A stretch of DNA of 64,000 nucleotides from Callorhinchus milii (lineage: Eukaryota): the NCBI RefSeq assembly GCF_018977255.1, contig NW_024704743.1, forward strand, positions 97,218,001 to 97,282,000. Reading direction: 5' to 3'. A model generated the notes under the pieces. The model did not search any database, was not told the origin of the DNA, and saw nothing but the letters and a program-made list of their open reading frames with translations. Of the stretch, positions 1 through 13,200 are shown one piece after another. A program made the translations under genes and the position numbers. Position 1 is the first letter of the stretch. Every line of letters starts with the position of its first letter.

Positions 1-60
1 CTGTGTGTCAATCCACATTCCATATTGGATCCTATGGTTGCAAGCGAAGCTACACAGCTA

Positions 61-121
61 GTGTGTGTAAAGAGAGAGAGAGAGAGCGAGGCAGAGTGAG
101 AGATAAAGAGTGGCAGAGAGA
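61..121. repeat. (GT)n/(GA)n microsatellite
   Basis: Directly visible. Confidence 0.85.
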
Positions 122-798
122 TAATAGGGCCAGCCCATGCAGTACTACAGCAACAATACAGGTATAATTGCTGATGTAACAACTTTTTAGGCACTATAGC
201 AAATTTATATTTTGCATGATGTCTAATTGTGCAGTCAGACGCTTTGCCTGTAATAATAATAATCCTTGCATTTGATATAGCGTTTTATCATGTCTCCAAG
301 ATGTCTCAAAGCACTTCACAGAATATACTTTAAAGTGAATTGACTGTATATTTTGTGGGTGAAATGCGGCGACCAATTGCGCACAAATCTCAATTTAAAT
401 CAATATAAATCTCAATTAAAACAAATTTTATCATGTTTGATACATTCGGACTAACCTCCTTGGGGGAAAGGTAAGTGGAGCCTCGTTGGAGCTGATTTGG
501 CTCAAAGATGACATGCTTGGTAATGGAATTTTGGAATCGACTCAATCGTCTCAGTAGTCCCCTTCCCAAGCCAGGTGGGTCCGCAGTATTCCAGGGCACT
601 GCTGATGACAGCAGAGTCAGCCTGGCTTATCAGCAGGACTTGGAGTAGCAGAGCAGTCATGTTATCTCTATGCTAATAAAGTTTGTTGCTGTTTTCCTCA
701 ATGTTTATCATCGAGATCCTCACATTTTGACTTTAATTGATTCTGACAGTTTTGGACTAGTTATATATTTTACTACTGTTTCTCTCTCTCTCTCTTAG

Positions 799-871
799 CT
801 TCTTGCTTGGTGCACTCGGAGAAGCCTTGTTTGTTTATGCTAAGAGAAGTGGAGCATTAGTAAAAGGATGA
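799..871 (+). CDS. TMEM241: TMEM241 (SLC35-like transmembrane protein) last coding exon
   Basis: A (TC)n pyrimidine tract and ttag acceptor (AG at 797-798) precede C + FLLGALGEALFVYAKRSGALVKG*. This matches the recalled vertebrate TMEM241 C-terminus (CLLLGALGEALLVFSERKSS). TMEM241 is the convergent neighbour of CABLES1 in human. Confidence 0.88.
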
Positions 872-2740
872 ACGTGAAGACAAGACAGATGCTGCAAAAC
901 ACCTGCGACATCGTAATTGTATCACTTTCCCTCATTCCGTGAGATCAGTGAGAAAGGAAATGACACGTGGATGGCAAATGGAGCAACAATGTTTTTTCTC
1001 CCTTTTTTGCCATGTTTCTATAAATATATTTGAATGAGGGAAGTATAAATGGTGATTAAGACTTGATTTTACCATAAAGCCTTGGGCAACATGTATTTAC
1101 TGTCCCACGTGAGAACCCAGAGAGGAAAACAAAGCATTGTGCCTCATGACAGTTGTCTGTGTGAACCACTGATTACTGTACCTTCTCAAGGAAAGAATAG
1201 GATTCTCAAGTCAGTCGACAGCAGAACAGGAAACACTTTGCTCTCCCAATCTGATTAAACCACAGAATTTACTGTGAACAATGAAGTCATAACATTTGAG
1301 AGATCATTTGGACTATTTTTCCCCATGAGTAAATATGAGTTTCTGCCTGCTCTAAGGTAACTGGCTGGAATAGTAACTCTTTGCAACATGTAATAATAAT
1401 AATAATAATCCTTGCATTTGATGTAGCGCTTTTCACGTCAGGAAGACGTCCCAAAGCGCTTCACAGAACACACTGTAAAGTGAATTGACTGTATATTTGT
1501 GGGCGAACGCGGCAGCCAATTGCGCACAACAATGTCCCACAAACAGTCGTAGATTGAAAATGACCAATTTATTATTGGTTTTGGTTTTTTGGAGGGATTA
1601 TTATTAGGCGTGTGGAGTAAGGAAACTTGCCCAAGGTTTCGCCCTGACTGCCTGGAATTGAACTCAGGTATCTCGCTTGCAAAGCGAGTGCTCTAACCAC
1701 TGAGCTACAGGACTCCACGTCCAATGTATATTCATTGCTGTGAAGCATTTTTTTAAAACAAGATTGAATTCAGATGGTGCATATCATATTAAATCTCAGA
1801 GATCTAGTGTGAGATGAGGAACATTTATAAATGTTTCTGTTTATTTATTTCAGTAAAAACTGATCATTCAGTTTCACCCACATTTTGTAATAATGTAGAA
1901 TAATAATCCTTACATTTGGTAAAGCTCCTTCCACATCGGGAGGATGACCAAAGCACTTCACAGGATATACTGTAAAGTGCAGTGACTGGTTTGTGGGTGA
2001 ACAAGGCAGCCTATTTGCTCACAACAATGTCTCACAAATAGCCATGAGTGAATGACCAAATTTATTTGGGGGATTGTTAACTACGACACTAGGAGAAACT
2101 CTTTTTGAATAGTACCATGGGATTTTTAACATCCACTTGATGGGACCTCGGTTAACATCTCATCTGAAGGATTATTGTTAAAGAACTAATAGATCATTTC
2201 TTATTGCCAAATACGCATTCTAACTATTTTATAAGGGGTTTGACTATTATAGCAGCCTTCTTGTAAAACTAAGGAGAGCTGCTCAAATTAAAGTACTGTA
2301 TTGGATCATGGTTTGATGAATAACTATCTTTGGAATATGAGGATCAAAAATGGAAATACCAGAACACACTTTGAAGAAAAGAGATTTTTTTTTAAATACT
2401 GTTTTTGTTTAGATAGGGATCTCCAACCAGTCAATCGTCATTAGGTGGCATCTCGCATGTGCTGGATAAAAATGAAGGAGCAATATTTATTGCAGTTGAA
2501 ACATTAAAGCTTATATTTTTATTTCGACGTGCAGCTGGCTTTGTTTTCATTGGTCTCATTAGCAATGCAGTTTTATCGCTCCTTCCTCTTGTCCTCTTGC
2601 CACCTAGCTGTGATCAAATATTTGGAGACCTCTGGTTTAGATATATCACACATAAAGTCTTCACTTTTGTAGTAGCATTGATTATGAACTAAGCAAGAGA
2701 GTCAAAAATGTAATAAATTATTTTTTAGTACTCCACGATT
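872..2740 (+). other. TMEM241: Putative TMEM241 3' UTR (end uncertain)
   Basis: Follows the TGA at 869-871. Candidate poly(A) signals are ATTAAA 1254-1259 and AATAAA 2712-2717, the latter followed by T-rich sequence. Confidence 0.4.
1391..1716 (-). mobile_element. Full-length tRNA(Ala)-derived SINE, young short subfamily
   Basis: Head GGAGTCCTGTAGCTCAGTGGTTAGAGCACTCGCTTTGCAAGCGAG with A and B boxes; tail GCGCTACATCAAATGCAAGG(ATT)n. Near-identical to 33600-33911 and 43447-43773. Confidence 0.92.
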
Positions 2741-3051
2741 AATTGCTTTTGTCTTGCACTGAAAACATGGATTGTTTTTTACTATTCTTTGGTACAGAGA
2801 AGTAGGCCTGCAACTGCAGCCAGTGATCATCACTGTGTTTTGCAGCAATAACTATATCTTAAACCAGCTGTTGGAAATGCATTTATTGCTTGTAGCTGAA
2901 TCAGAATGGATTGAATTGTTTGCTTATATTTTTTCTCCTTTCTAAGACTGAGTGATATCTTTTCAGTTTCTTCCTTTAGTTCAGTTATAGCATTATTTCA
3001 GCTTGCTCTTCGTGTATAATTGTGCATTTTATAAGTATAGTCCACCATAGA

Positions 3052-3790
3052 GTATAAGGACATAAGAATTTGCTAGACAAAAGACCAAGGTCCATCTCGT
3101 TCGCCTTCCACCGTGCTAGCAGTCACTTGACATGTGTGTCACAAACTATATACGGTATCAAGATATTTTTTTCCAGCAGAAATCTATCTGATTTGTTCTT
3201 GGAACAAATGACATTTTCTGCTTCCACTGCCTCCCTAGGGAGCCTGTTCCATAAGTTATTATTATTATAATATATTATTATTATAAGTTTACTACTCTCT
3301 CACTGAAGTAGTGTCTCCACAGATTTGTTCTGAATTTACTTCCCTTTAGTTGTAGGCTGGGTCCTCTGGTTCTACTGTTCAGTACAAGATAAAACAGCTT
3401 ATCATGGTCAACATTATCTACTCCCTTCAGAACCTTAAACACCGCAATAATATTACCCCTCAACCTTCTTTTCTCCAGTGTGAACATGCCCAGTTTATCT
3501 AATCACTCCTCATAGTGCAGTCAGTCCCTCCATCACCTCAATTCTTTTGATCCCCTCCTCTCTATCTTCTGAATCGCTGCAATATCCTTTTTATGTTGCA
3601 GTGACAGAACTGCACACAGTATTCCAAGTGCGATCGCACCAGTGATTTGTAAAGTGGCAAGATTACCCCACTATTTCAACTCAATATTGCCCTTTTAATA
3701 CAGCCTAGCAACTGGTTTGCCTTACTCATTGCTGCAAAGCACTGTGGAGATAGCTTCATAATGCACTTGAATAGTACTCCGTTGAAAATA
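3052..3790 (-). mobile_element. CR1-clade LINE 3' fragment
   Basis: ORF 3281..3487 (FTLEKRRLRGNIIAVFKVLKG...TRG..L.LKGSKFRT..R.YFSERVVNL) is a typical CR1 ORF2 C-terminus; the (TTCTTATG)-type tail is at about 3052-3070. Confidence 0.88.
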
Positions 3791-6483
3791 TGTTGATTTG
3801 TTGAGAGGTCAAGCAGGTTAACTGGCAAGTACTACAAAGCAGGATGTTGGGTTTAGTTATGAACGAGTTTCATATAAAGACAAATTTGGCGAAGATCACC
3901 TGACCAAAGGGCAATGCTGTGGTGTCCCTAGCTTACCATATACTACCTAGTAGGATGATGTCAATTTCCTATTTGTATGCAGAGATTGACTTTTCTTTCA
4001 TGTTACATTTATATTGCAGTCCTGCTCTGCTTTCTCATTGCTTTGTAAGTCTGCTGCTGCTGTCTTCAAAGGCAAGATGTGTTTCCTCACCTCTGCAGTG
4101 CTGGTAGTAGCAAGCATATTGATGCAGCAAGTCTCCTGCTGCCCATGGAAATGCCAGCTGCTCTGTGTTTTATGTTGGCAAACCCATGTGCGTCATGCTG
4201 ACTCAAGAATTCTGCTCCGACCTGTGCCTCTGCCCAAGTTCTTGGAAGTCGACATAGTAGGGTCTACACTGGGGCTAGCGCTATAAATGGGTCATTGTTT
4301 GTTCTGGAAGCCAACAAGATCAAAGAGGCAAGTGCTAGGAAAGCATAATTCTAGATCAAACGAGTGCTGTAAGGTTAGAACATTTAGGAAATAGTGAACT
4401 TATGCAATTAAGTTCATGGTAAGGATAAAAAAAAGAGTCCAGGATAAAAGTGTTAGAAGAGAGCAAATTTCAATAGAATAATAATAAGCCTTGCATTTGA
4501 TATAGTGCCTAATCACGTCTTCTAAATGATTCAAAGCGCTTCACAGAATATACTGTAAAGTGAATTGACTGTGTATTTTGTGGGTGAAATGCGGCAGCTA
4601 ATTGCACACAGCAGTGTCCCACAAACAGTTGTGGATGGAGTGATCAATTTTTCAAAAAATTAAGAAATTATTACCCCCAGAAGAATGATTCGCCAATTGA
4701 TTAACAACCAAAGGAAGACTTAGGAAGGCTAGAATAAAATATGAAGAAAAACTGCCATTGCTTCTTATTATATAGAAAGAGCTCATGATATCTTTGAATT
4801 CAGTCCCCCAAGTTCTGTTGCGTAACTGGTCAAACACATTTTTTCCTGGGACATCCAATCATGTGCTTCAAATTAGATTCATTATTTAACTCCAATGTTT
4901 GGTGAAGTATATAGAGGCTACAAATTCAGCAGCAAGTGGCTTGATTGGAGCGCCTATGCTAAACTACCATTTTCATGTCAAGGGATAGCTCCCAATATAC
5001 TTGCAGGAAAGAAACGGTTATTCCATCTCAGAAGGGCATATGTGCAGCTGTTGAATGGAATGAAATGATTTAAACATTGACATTTTGTTGGTCACAGGGA
5101 TTCCACTTAATAAATTCACACTCTGGAACCTCTCCATGTTTTTATGGTCAGATGCAGTAACTTGTTTATTCAAGCACATATGTTCTTTCATGTAGATAAA
5201 CAATGGGCCTATTTTCAGATTCAGGGATGAAGGCACTTTAGATTTTCTTCTGTAATAATGGCACACACTCACCACCTACCGTTAACTTGCATTCTGCAAA
5301 GGACAATTTTGCTACTTGCTGCTGAGTAATGACACTCTTAACCCTTAAAAATCAGCATCTTGTAGGAATACTGCCAAAGATGATTTCAAAATAATGTCTG
5401 TCTCCCCAAACAAGTAGAAGTAACAGAAGGAGAGGTTGGCATGCATAGAGAAACTCACAGATAGAAGGTGCATGATATTTGGATTCAACTGAATCCCCAA
5501 AACTAGTGCAGGCCTGAAAGGATGATTACATCGAACATAATTTCTCCAAAGATAAACAGCAACAACTTGCATTTACATAGTGCACCTCATGCAGGGTAGC
5601 ATCTCAGAACGTTTGACGGTTTCAGAGCCTCATGTCGAGCCAGGGTGTGGTGGGATCCCATTAAACAAGCGCAAAAGAGATAGATAGATACTTGAGTAGT
5701 AGAGAAATTAAATGTGCTTGCTGAAAAATCCTTGCATTGAAAGAGCATGGCATTGGAATTAAACTATCTGAATTGTGTGAGAACAATTAAAAATCTAGAT
5801 TACAAAACAATCCACAGATTGCCATTTGGCAGTCAGACTCCAAAGACTGCTTTTGCAGTTGGAAAATGTCACACGAGCATACAGGGGTGAGTGTTTGATG
5901 CTGGGGCCAAAACATATGGTTGCAGTAAAGTACTCAGCATCTGGCTGTGTTGGTCATGACCGGGTAGTACTGGATATTGATATAAGAACGATTCTTCAAA
6001 GATCTTTGCCACAAAATGCTTGAAAATTCATTAATAAAAAATAAAATTCTTGACGTATATTCTTGAGGTATATTTTTAAAATGCTGCAAATATGATTGTT
6101 GTAAACACCTTTTGCTTCAGATTTTAAACATATAACTTTATATCCATCTTGGCATATGTAGTTTATCCAAATAATGCAATTGTTTTTATATTGCTAATTT
6201 CAGGAAATAAATTACATTCTCCCAACTTCCTCATATTATTGTCTTTGAAACTTGAGTTTTTTTCATTAATCCCCTCCTTTGAAGAAGTTCCCAACCTCCG
6301 CCTTACATTAATTTGTATTTGCCAGACTCAGCACTTTGAAGCAGCAGCAGGCACATCCCTACCTCCAAGCAGTCTATCCTTTTCCCTTACATTGCGTAGG
6401 ACGAGGAAAGACATAACAAGCTCACAGCTGCCTTTATATTTCTGGCTAAACAGCCAAAAAGTCTTGTCAGTCTCCAGGTGTGC

Positions 6484-6890
6484 TTCAACAACAATAACAA
6501 AATTACATTTGCAAAGCCCCTTTTACATCAGGAGGGTCTTGAGTCGTGCCTTGAAGGAGGCAAGGGAGGGAGTAAGGCGAAGGGATTGTGGAATGGAGTT
6601 CCAAAGAGTGGGGGCAGTGAGGCTGAAAGTCCGGCTGCCGATGGTAGAGCAAGTCAGACGGGAGACATGGAGCAGGCCGGAGCCTGCTGAGCGGAGTGAG
6701 TGGACAGGTTGATAGGAGGTCAGCAGGTCAGAGAAATAGGAGGGTGCAAGGTCATGAAAGTGAGGACGAGGATTTTAAATTCTATCCTCTGAGGGATGCA
6801 GAGCCATTGGAGCCGGGTGAGGGCGTGTGTGATGGGGTCACAGAGCTTGGTGTGGGAGAGGACATGAGCTGCAGAGTTCCGGATGTGGAA
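6484..6890 (-). mobile_element. L2 LINE 3' fragment
   Basis: (CAA)n tail and the reverse complement of the L2 ORF2 end seen in other copies. Confidence 0.8.
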
Positions 6891-7241
6891 TTCTTCAGTC
6901 TAGTTTGGGTGCTCTTTAGCATGGTGATAGGTACCAGGTGTGTCATCTGGATGATCAAAATATAAATGGATCTCAAAATGTTTCACGTTCCTGGTCACTG
7001 CGACATAAGGGATTGTGCAGGCCTTAGAATCAGGGCAGAGAGGAGCACCAAGAACAATCCCCAACATTAGAGGAATGAGCAATGACCAGATAAGCTAGGG
7101 TTTACTGCACGTAGAGGTGTACAAAATATAAATGGGATTTGAAAAGAATACCCAAATCAATACTTTAGATTGTACCGTGGCAGTAAAAGAAAAGAATACG
7201 GGTTTAGTTTTGTAAAGGGCAGTTTCAGGACAGATATCAGG

Positions 7242-8219
7242 AACAACAACAACAACCAAATTACATTTGTATAGCGCCTTTCATATCAGAAGGACATCCC
7301 AAGGCGCTGGACAGTCAGTGTTTCAGATCTGAGCTGGGAGTCAGGATTGGGGAGGGTGGAGGGCAGGGGGAGAAACAGAGTAATCAAAGAGGAGGATCTT
7401 GAGATGAGTCTTGAAGGAGCCAAGGGAGGGGGCGAGGCGGAGGGACTACAGGGTGGTGTTCCAGAGGGTGGGGGCAGAGTGACTGAAGGCCTACCTGCCA
7501 GTGGAGGACCAAGATCTTGAACTGTATCCTTTGTGCAATGGGAAACCAGTGGAATCAGGCGAGGATGAGGATGATAGGATTGCGGAGCCTGGTGCGGGAG
7601 AGGTCACGGGCTGCAGAGTTCTTGATGATCTGCAGCCTATGGAGGGATGCATTGGGGAGGCCGACAAGCAGAGAGTTTCCATAGTCAAGCCTGGATGTTA
7701 CGAATGCATATGGGGGTTTCTGCAGCCTGCAGTGTGAGATAGTAGCGGAGCCGGGCGATGTTTCGGAGGTGGGGAAAGGCAGAGGGGTCATGGCAATGGA
7801 TGTGGGGTAGAAAGGATAGTTGAGAGTCAAACAAGATGCCAAGATTCTGGACTGGCTTAGTAAGGTGGAGTGTGCATCCTTGGATGGTGATGCTGTCAAC
7901 GCCTGAGGTGAGGAGGCGCTGACGGGAGCCAATTGGGAGGACCTTGGTATGGTTGACGTTCTCCAGGACTTGATGTCTGACAGACATTCTGTTAAGACAG
8001 CAGTGGTCCTGGAGTCAAGGATAGAGGCCAAGAGATAGAGTTGGGTGTCATTTGCATACATGTGGAAGTTGACCCCATGTCTGCAGATGATGTCACCAAG
8101 AGGGAGCATATAGATATTGAAGAGGAGGGGACCAAGGACAGAGCCCTGAGGAACGCCGTACGAGATGGTGTGGGGGCTAGAGGAGAAACCGTTTGTGGAG
8201 ATGAAGTGGAGATGGTGTG
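7242..8219 (-). mobile_element. L2 LINE 3' fragment with RT remnant, inserted in a CR1 fragment
   Basis: ORF 7555..8109 has [25 protein letters not shown]; (CAA)n tail at 7242-7258. The flanks at about 7105-7241 and 8220-8410 join into a plus-strand CR1 3' end. Confidence 0.85.
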
Positions 8220-10266
8220 AGGACGTTTTTATTTAAGGGTAATCAACGACTGGAACAGGCTGCCAGGAAAGCTGATAGAGGCCAGGACAAGGGACTCAAT
8301 TGAAAAGCAGCTTATTGAATTGATGGGCAGGACAGTAGGGTGGGTGTTCGTGAAGGATGGGCCGAGGGGCCTTCTTTAACCAGACCAATCTTGTGGCTCT
8401 TCTTCGAAACAAGGCATCCCAGAGGGGACCTCCTAGAGGGACAGGCGTATAAAATACTAAATGGACTGAGAAAATAAACCCAGCACAATATTTTCAGATA
8501 CACCAAGGCAGCAGAACAAGAGGACACAGGTTCAGGATTGTGAATGACAATTGTAGGACACACAGGGAAATATTTATTTACAAGGGTAGTCACTTTGCCC
8601 GGATCAATGATTGAAGCCAGGCATTAGACTCATTTAAGAAACAACTTGTAATTGGAAAAAGGTGGGGGGGATATTCTGAAAGGATGAGATTTTGTAGTTA
8701 ATTACTTCATAGCTCATCCCTTCAACACCAGGGATTATCCATGTGATTTGTCAACTGTCCATTTCTGCAAGAGCCCCCGTGTAATCAGTGCGTTGGTGGA
8801 GTGAGATGCAATCCTGCAGTCACTTTACAGCTATTGATGTGTGTGGGAAGGATGGAGATTGTTTTATTTTTCTTGAACTGGTAATGCAGAAGCAAAAAGC
8901 TGAGAATTAAGAATTCCCCAGTTAGCAACCAGTTTAGTGGTTTGAGCATCAATAGCAGAGAATTCCCCAAATAGAGAAGGAAGATGTCATTCTGGGATGA
9001 ATAATCATTCTGCCTTGGCTCACTCTCTTTCCTCACTATGCATCCTTTGAGACAAGATTGAACTGTTCCCAAAGATAAATATTCGGTGGGACTAAAGAAG
9101 TGAAATCAAAGGATCCCTAAGCTTGCATATGTTTATGCATGTGTGTACATATATAAACATATGTGGTATATATATATATATATACGGGGAGGCAAAGCTG
9201 AAATAAGTTTAAAAGTATTTAATTTTAAGTATTTTAAATGTATGTGAAGATTTTAACTACAATCAATTAAGAAATCATCTAATCTCATAGAATAAGGACA
9301 CATATGCGTTTGTGTCTGTTTGTGTGCCTTGTCTGTCTGTGTTTGAAAGGAGGAGATTCAATGGTGGCAATTTGTTCTTATACTTTTGTGATAGTTATTT
9401 TTGCATAACTTCACAGCAACATTCTTGAGGTACTGGATTTCTCGCATAAAACAGGACAACAGGAGCAAGACCCTGGGCAAATATATACTTCACATTATGT
9501 GAATAGACTTACAACATGGTAAATAGCCTCCTCAGCAGATCTCTGTTGAATCAGCAAATTTCACACATGTATCAGTCATTGCAAAATACATTTGCACTAT
9601 CCCTGTGAAAATAACATGAAACAAAACACAACTGGTGCCAAAGTAGAGTTTGGAAAGGATGTGAAGAGGAAACTATAGCTACAGGTTCTGACAATGAGAA
9701 TTCAACAGTTAATCTTTTATTTCACACCTACTATATTTTAATTATGTCCTGAAACAGACTAAATTCCTTGACTGTTTACTCAGGCCACTGGTTAGAAAAA
9801 GTAACCCTCCCACAGACTCAAAACATTTTCATTTTTTATGCCAATTTTCTCCCTTTCCCTCCTTTTCAAAAGATGACCTAATAAATAAGTGCTCCGATAT
9901 GCTATCCTGTGTGAAGGGCACTATGTAAATCATTACTGTTTTTGTTGTTTTTTCTTCTTCTTTCCATTGAGACAATAATATTCCTTGTATTTCAATGCCT
10001 TTTCCTTATCACATCGTCAAACTGTCTCAAAGTGCGTCACAGACTTCATTGTAAAACACAGCGACTCTATATTTTGCAGGCAAATGCAACAGCTAATTTG
10101 CATAGAGCAATGTCCCACAAACAGCCATGTAAGTAAATGATCAATTTTTTTGGCAGGATTGCTGGCCAGGACACCAATATTTTGTGGACAAACATGGCAG
10201 CCAATTTTGCACACCGCTATGTCCCATAAACAGCAACAAGTGAGTGACTAACTTTTATGTGTGGGA

Positions 10267-13200
10267 ACGGAGTCAGGAGAGCGCGGGGCGGAGGTAGGTG
10301 ATGAGGTGGCACTGATTCACAAAGTGACGTCGGCCTAACGTCATAATTAAAAAAAAACAATGTCCTGGCAGCCGCTGCCACTGACATCCCGGCCATGACC
10401 ACACAGCCTCGCTCGCTCCCGGTCTCTGTGGGCGAGTTTTGGCTGCCGCCCCAACCCGAGCCTCTCCGTCCACTCTAGATGTCTCTCCTCCCACCCCCCT
10501 CTATCCACTACTCCCCCTCTGTCCTTCTCTCCCACCGCCCTCCCCGCCTTCTCTCTCTCCTCGACCCCATCACCACTTCCCTCTGCTCCAGCTGAGCATC
10601 CTCCACCGGGCTCAGCTTGGCTCCCGGCACTGGCTGTCCCAGAGCAACAACTCCACGTGTCCAATCATTCACTCCCTCCACTCAAACCGCTTCCTTAAGG
10701 CAAACCTAACTTCCCCCCTCCCTCATACGTACCCTCCCCAACTCTCCACTCACACCACTCTCCACAACCATCTCTCCTGTACACCCGAAAATCCTCTCCG
10801 CATCACTCCCTCCTCCTTCTCCTCCCTCCAGCAAACCCACCCGCATTTCCCTCCAAAATGTCTGTTCCCTCTCAAATAAAGCCCTCACCGTTCACGAGCT
10901 CAGCCTGGATGAGCATCTTGACATTCAGGGGCTCACCGAAACCTGGCTCTCCCCCAATGATCCCGTCCCCCTAGTTGAAGCCTCCCCTCCAGGCTACACC
11001 TTCCCCCACACCCCCCGTCCAAACCAACATGGTGGTGGGGTGGCCCTCATCTCCAAAGCCTCCCTGGTCTTACCCCCTACTCCTCTGGCTGCTTCCCCTC
11101 CTTCGAGCACCTCACCCTCTTCCATCCCTCTCTCCCATTGAAAATCCTCCTGGTCTACCGCACCTCTAAACCCCCCAGCTCCTTCCACACAGACATCCCT
11201 ACTCTCCTCTCTTCCCTGTCCCTCTGCTCTGAGCACCTACCCATAATGGGCGATTTCAACTTCCATCTAAACTCCCCTTTCACCACTTCTTCCAACTTCA
11301 CTGCCCTCCTCTCCTCCCTAAACCTCACCCTTCATATAAATTCACCCACCCACAACTGTGGTCATGCCCTCGACCTCATTATCACCCATGGACTTGACAT
11401 TTTCCACCTTATCATAGTTGACAAGACCATCTCGGACCACTTCCTCATCTTCTTCTCCTCTCACATCCCTCTCTCCTCCACCAAGCTTTCAACCATTCTC
11501 TACCGCCCATGGAAAAGGCTACCCCCTGAGACCCTCACAAAGGCCCTCACATCATCAAATATCCTATTCCTCTGACCTTCCACCCACGGAGATCCTGAAG
11601 CAGCCGTCCAGCTGCTCCATGATTGCCTCTCCTCCACCTTCAACTCCCTATCCCCCTGAAATCCAGGACCATCTCCAAACCCACCGGATCCCCCTGGTAC
11701 AACAACCACCTCCACTACCTAAAAGCCCAAACCCGGCTCCTCAAGCGCAGAGGGCGGAAAACTGGCCTGACAGTTCACCGCCGACTGTGGCTTGAGCATC
11801 TCCACATTGTTCTTTGACACGCGCAAAAACGGCCTTCTACTCCAACATCATCTTGGAGGCTAAACACAACCCTAAAATCCTTTTTTCCACCACTCACTAC
11901 CTCCTCCGTGCCCCCCCTCAGGCCTCCTCAATCTTCACATCCAATGCCAAGTGCAAGGAGGTCATGGACTTCTTTTCATCCAAAATACACAACATCCGCC
12001 AGGCAGCCTCATCCACCTGTCCCTTGTCACCCTCCACCACCCCCTCTCCATCCCCCTCACCCTCCCCATTATCAGCTCCTACCACCACCCCCATCCTACA
12101 TTCCTCGCTCCCCATCTCTCCCTCCTCCCTCTCACCCACCATCATCTCAATGAAACCCACCACCTGCTGCCTCAACCCCCTCCCCACCAACTTACTGAGC
12201 ACCAAGCTCCCCCTCCTCTGCCCACTACTGGCTGATATCATCAACCAGTCCCTCTCCTCTGGATCAGTCCCTGCCCCCTCAAAACTGCTGTCATCATCCC
12301 ACTCCTCAAAAAACCTTCCTTAGATCCCTCAAACCCCAGCCACTACCGCCCTATTTCTAACCTGCTCTTCCTCGCAAGAGTCCTAGAATGCAATGTTGCC
12401 AATCAACTCTGCGCACACCTGTCCTCACGCTCCCTCTTCGTACCCCTCCAGTCTGGTTTCCGCCCTGTCCTCAGTACAGAGACTGCGCTTGTGAAAGTCA
12501 TCAATGACATCCTCTCTATCTGTGACCAGGGCTCCTTCTGCCTCCTCGTCCTCCTGGACCTCTCTGCCGCGTTCGACACAGTCAATCACGCCATCCTCCT
12601 CCACTGACTTTCCTCCGTCATCCGCCTTAGTGGGACCGCACTCGCCTGGTTCAAGTCCTACCTCACAAACCGCCAGCAGTACATCTGCACGTATGGCTCA
12701 CCCAGTTACCTGCGGGGTACCCCAAGGATCCATCCTTGGCCCCCTCCTCTTTCTGACCTACATGCTCCCTCTTGGGGATGTCATCCGCAGACATGGGGTA
12801 CACTTCCACATGTATGCGGACGACACCCAACTCTATTTTTCCACCTCACTTTGCGACCCCCAGTCCCCTGACATTCTGTCAGCCTGCCTGTCAGGAGCTG
12901 GATGAGCGTAAATTTCCTTCAGCTGAATGTTGACAAGACGGAAGCCATACTTTTTGGCTCTCATCAACGTCTAAAATCTCACGGTTCTCACCTCCTCCAC
13001 CTTCCCGACCTCCCCCGAACCCGTACGCAACCTAGGCGTCAGGCTTGACCCCCTAATTATCCTTCCTCCCCCACATAACATAACATGTAGGAGCAGGAGT
13101 AGGCCATTCGGCCCTTCGAGCCTGCCCGCCATGGCTGATCTTCTAATCTGACTCCAGCTAATAACCTGACCCTGCCTTATCCCCATATCCCTTAATCCCT

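Noticed and set aside
1650..1716. tRNA-Ala-like sequences with A and B boxes (also near 22168, 32955, 33850, 43705, 60355, 62048)
   Set aside because: Each continues into a SINE body and tail and lacks a proper acceptor stem. They are SINE heads, not tRNA genes.
6149..6712. 187-aa plus-strand ORF
   Set aside because: Its 3' half is the antisense frame of an L2 fragment and its 5' half is low-information AT-rich sequence. No recognisable domain.
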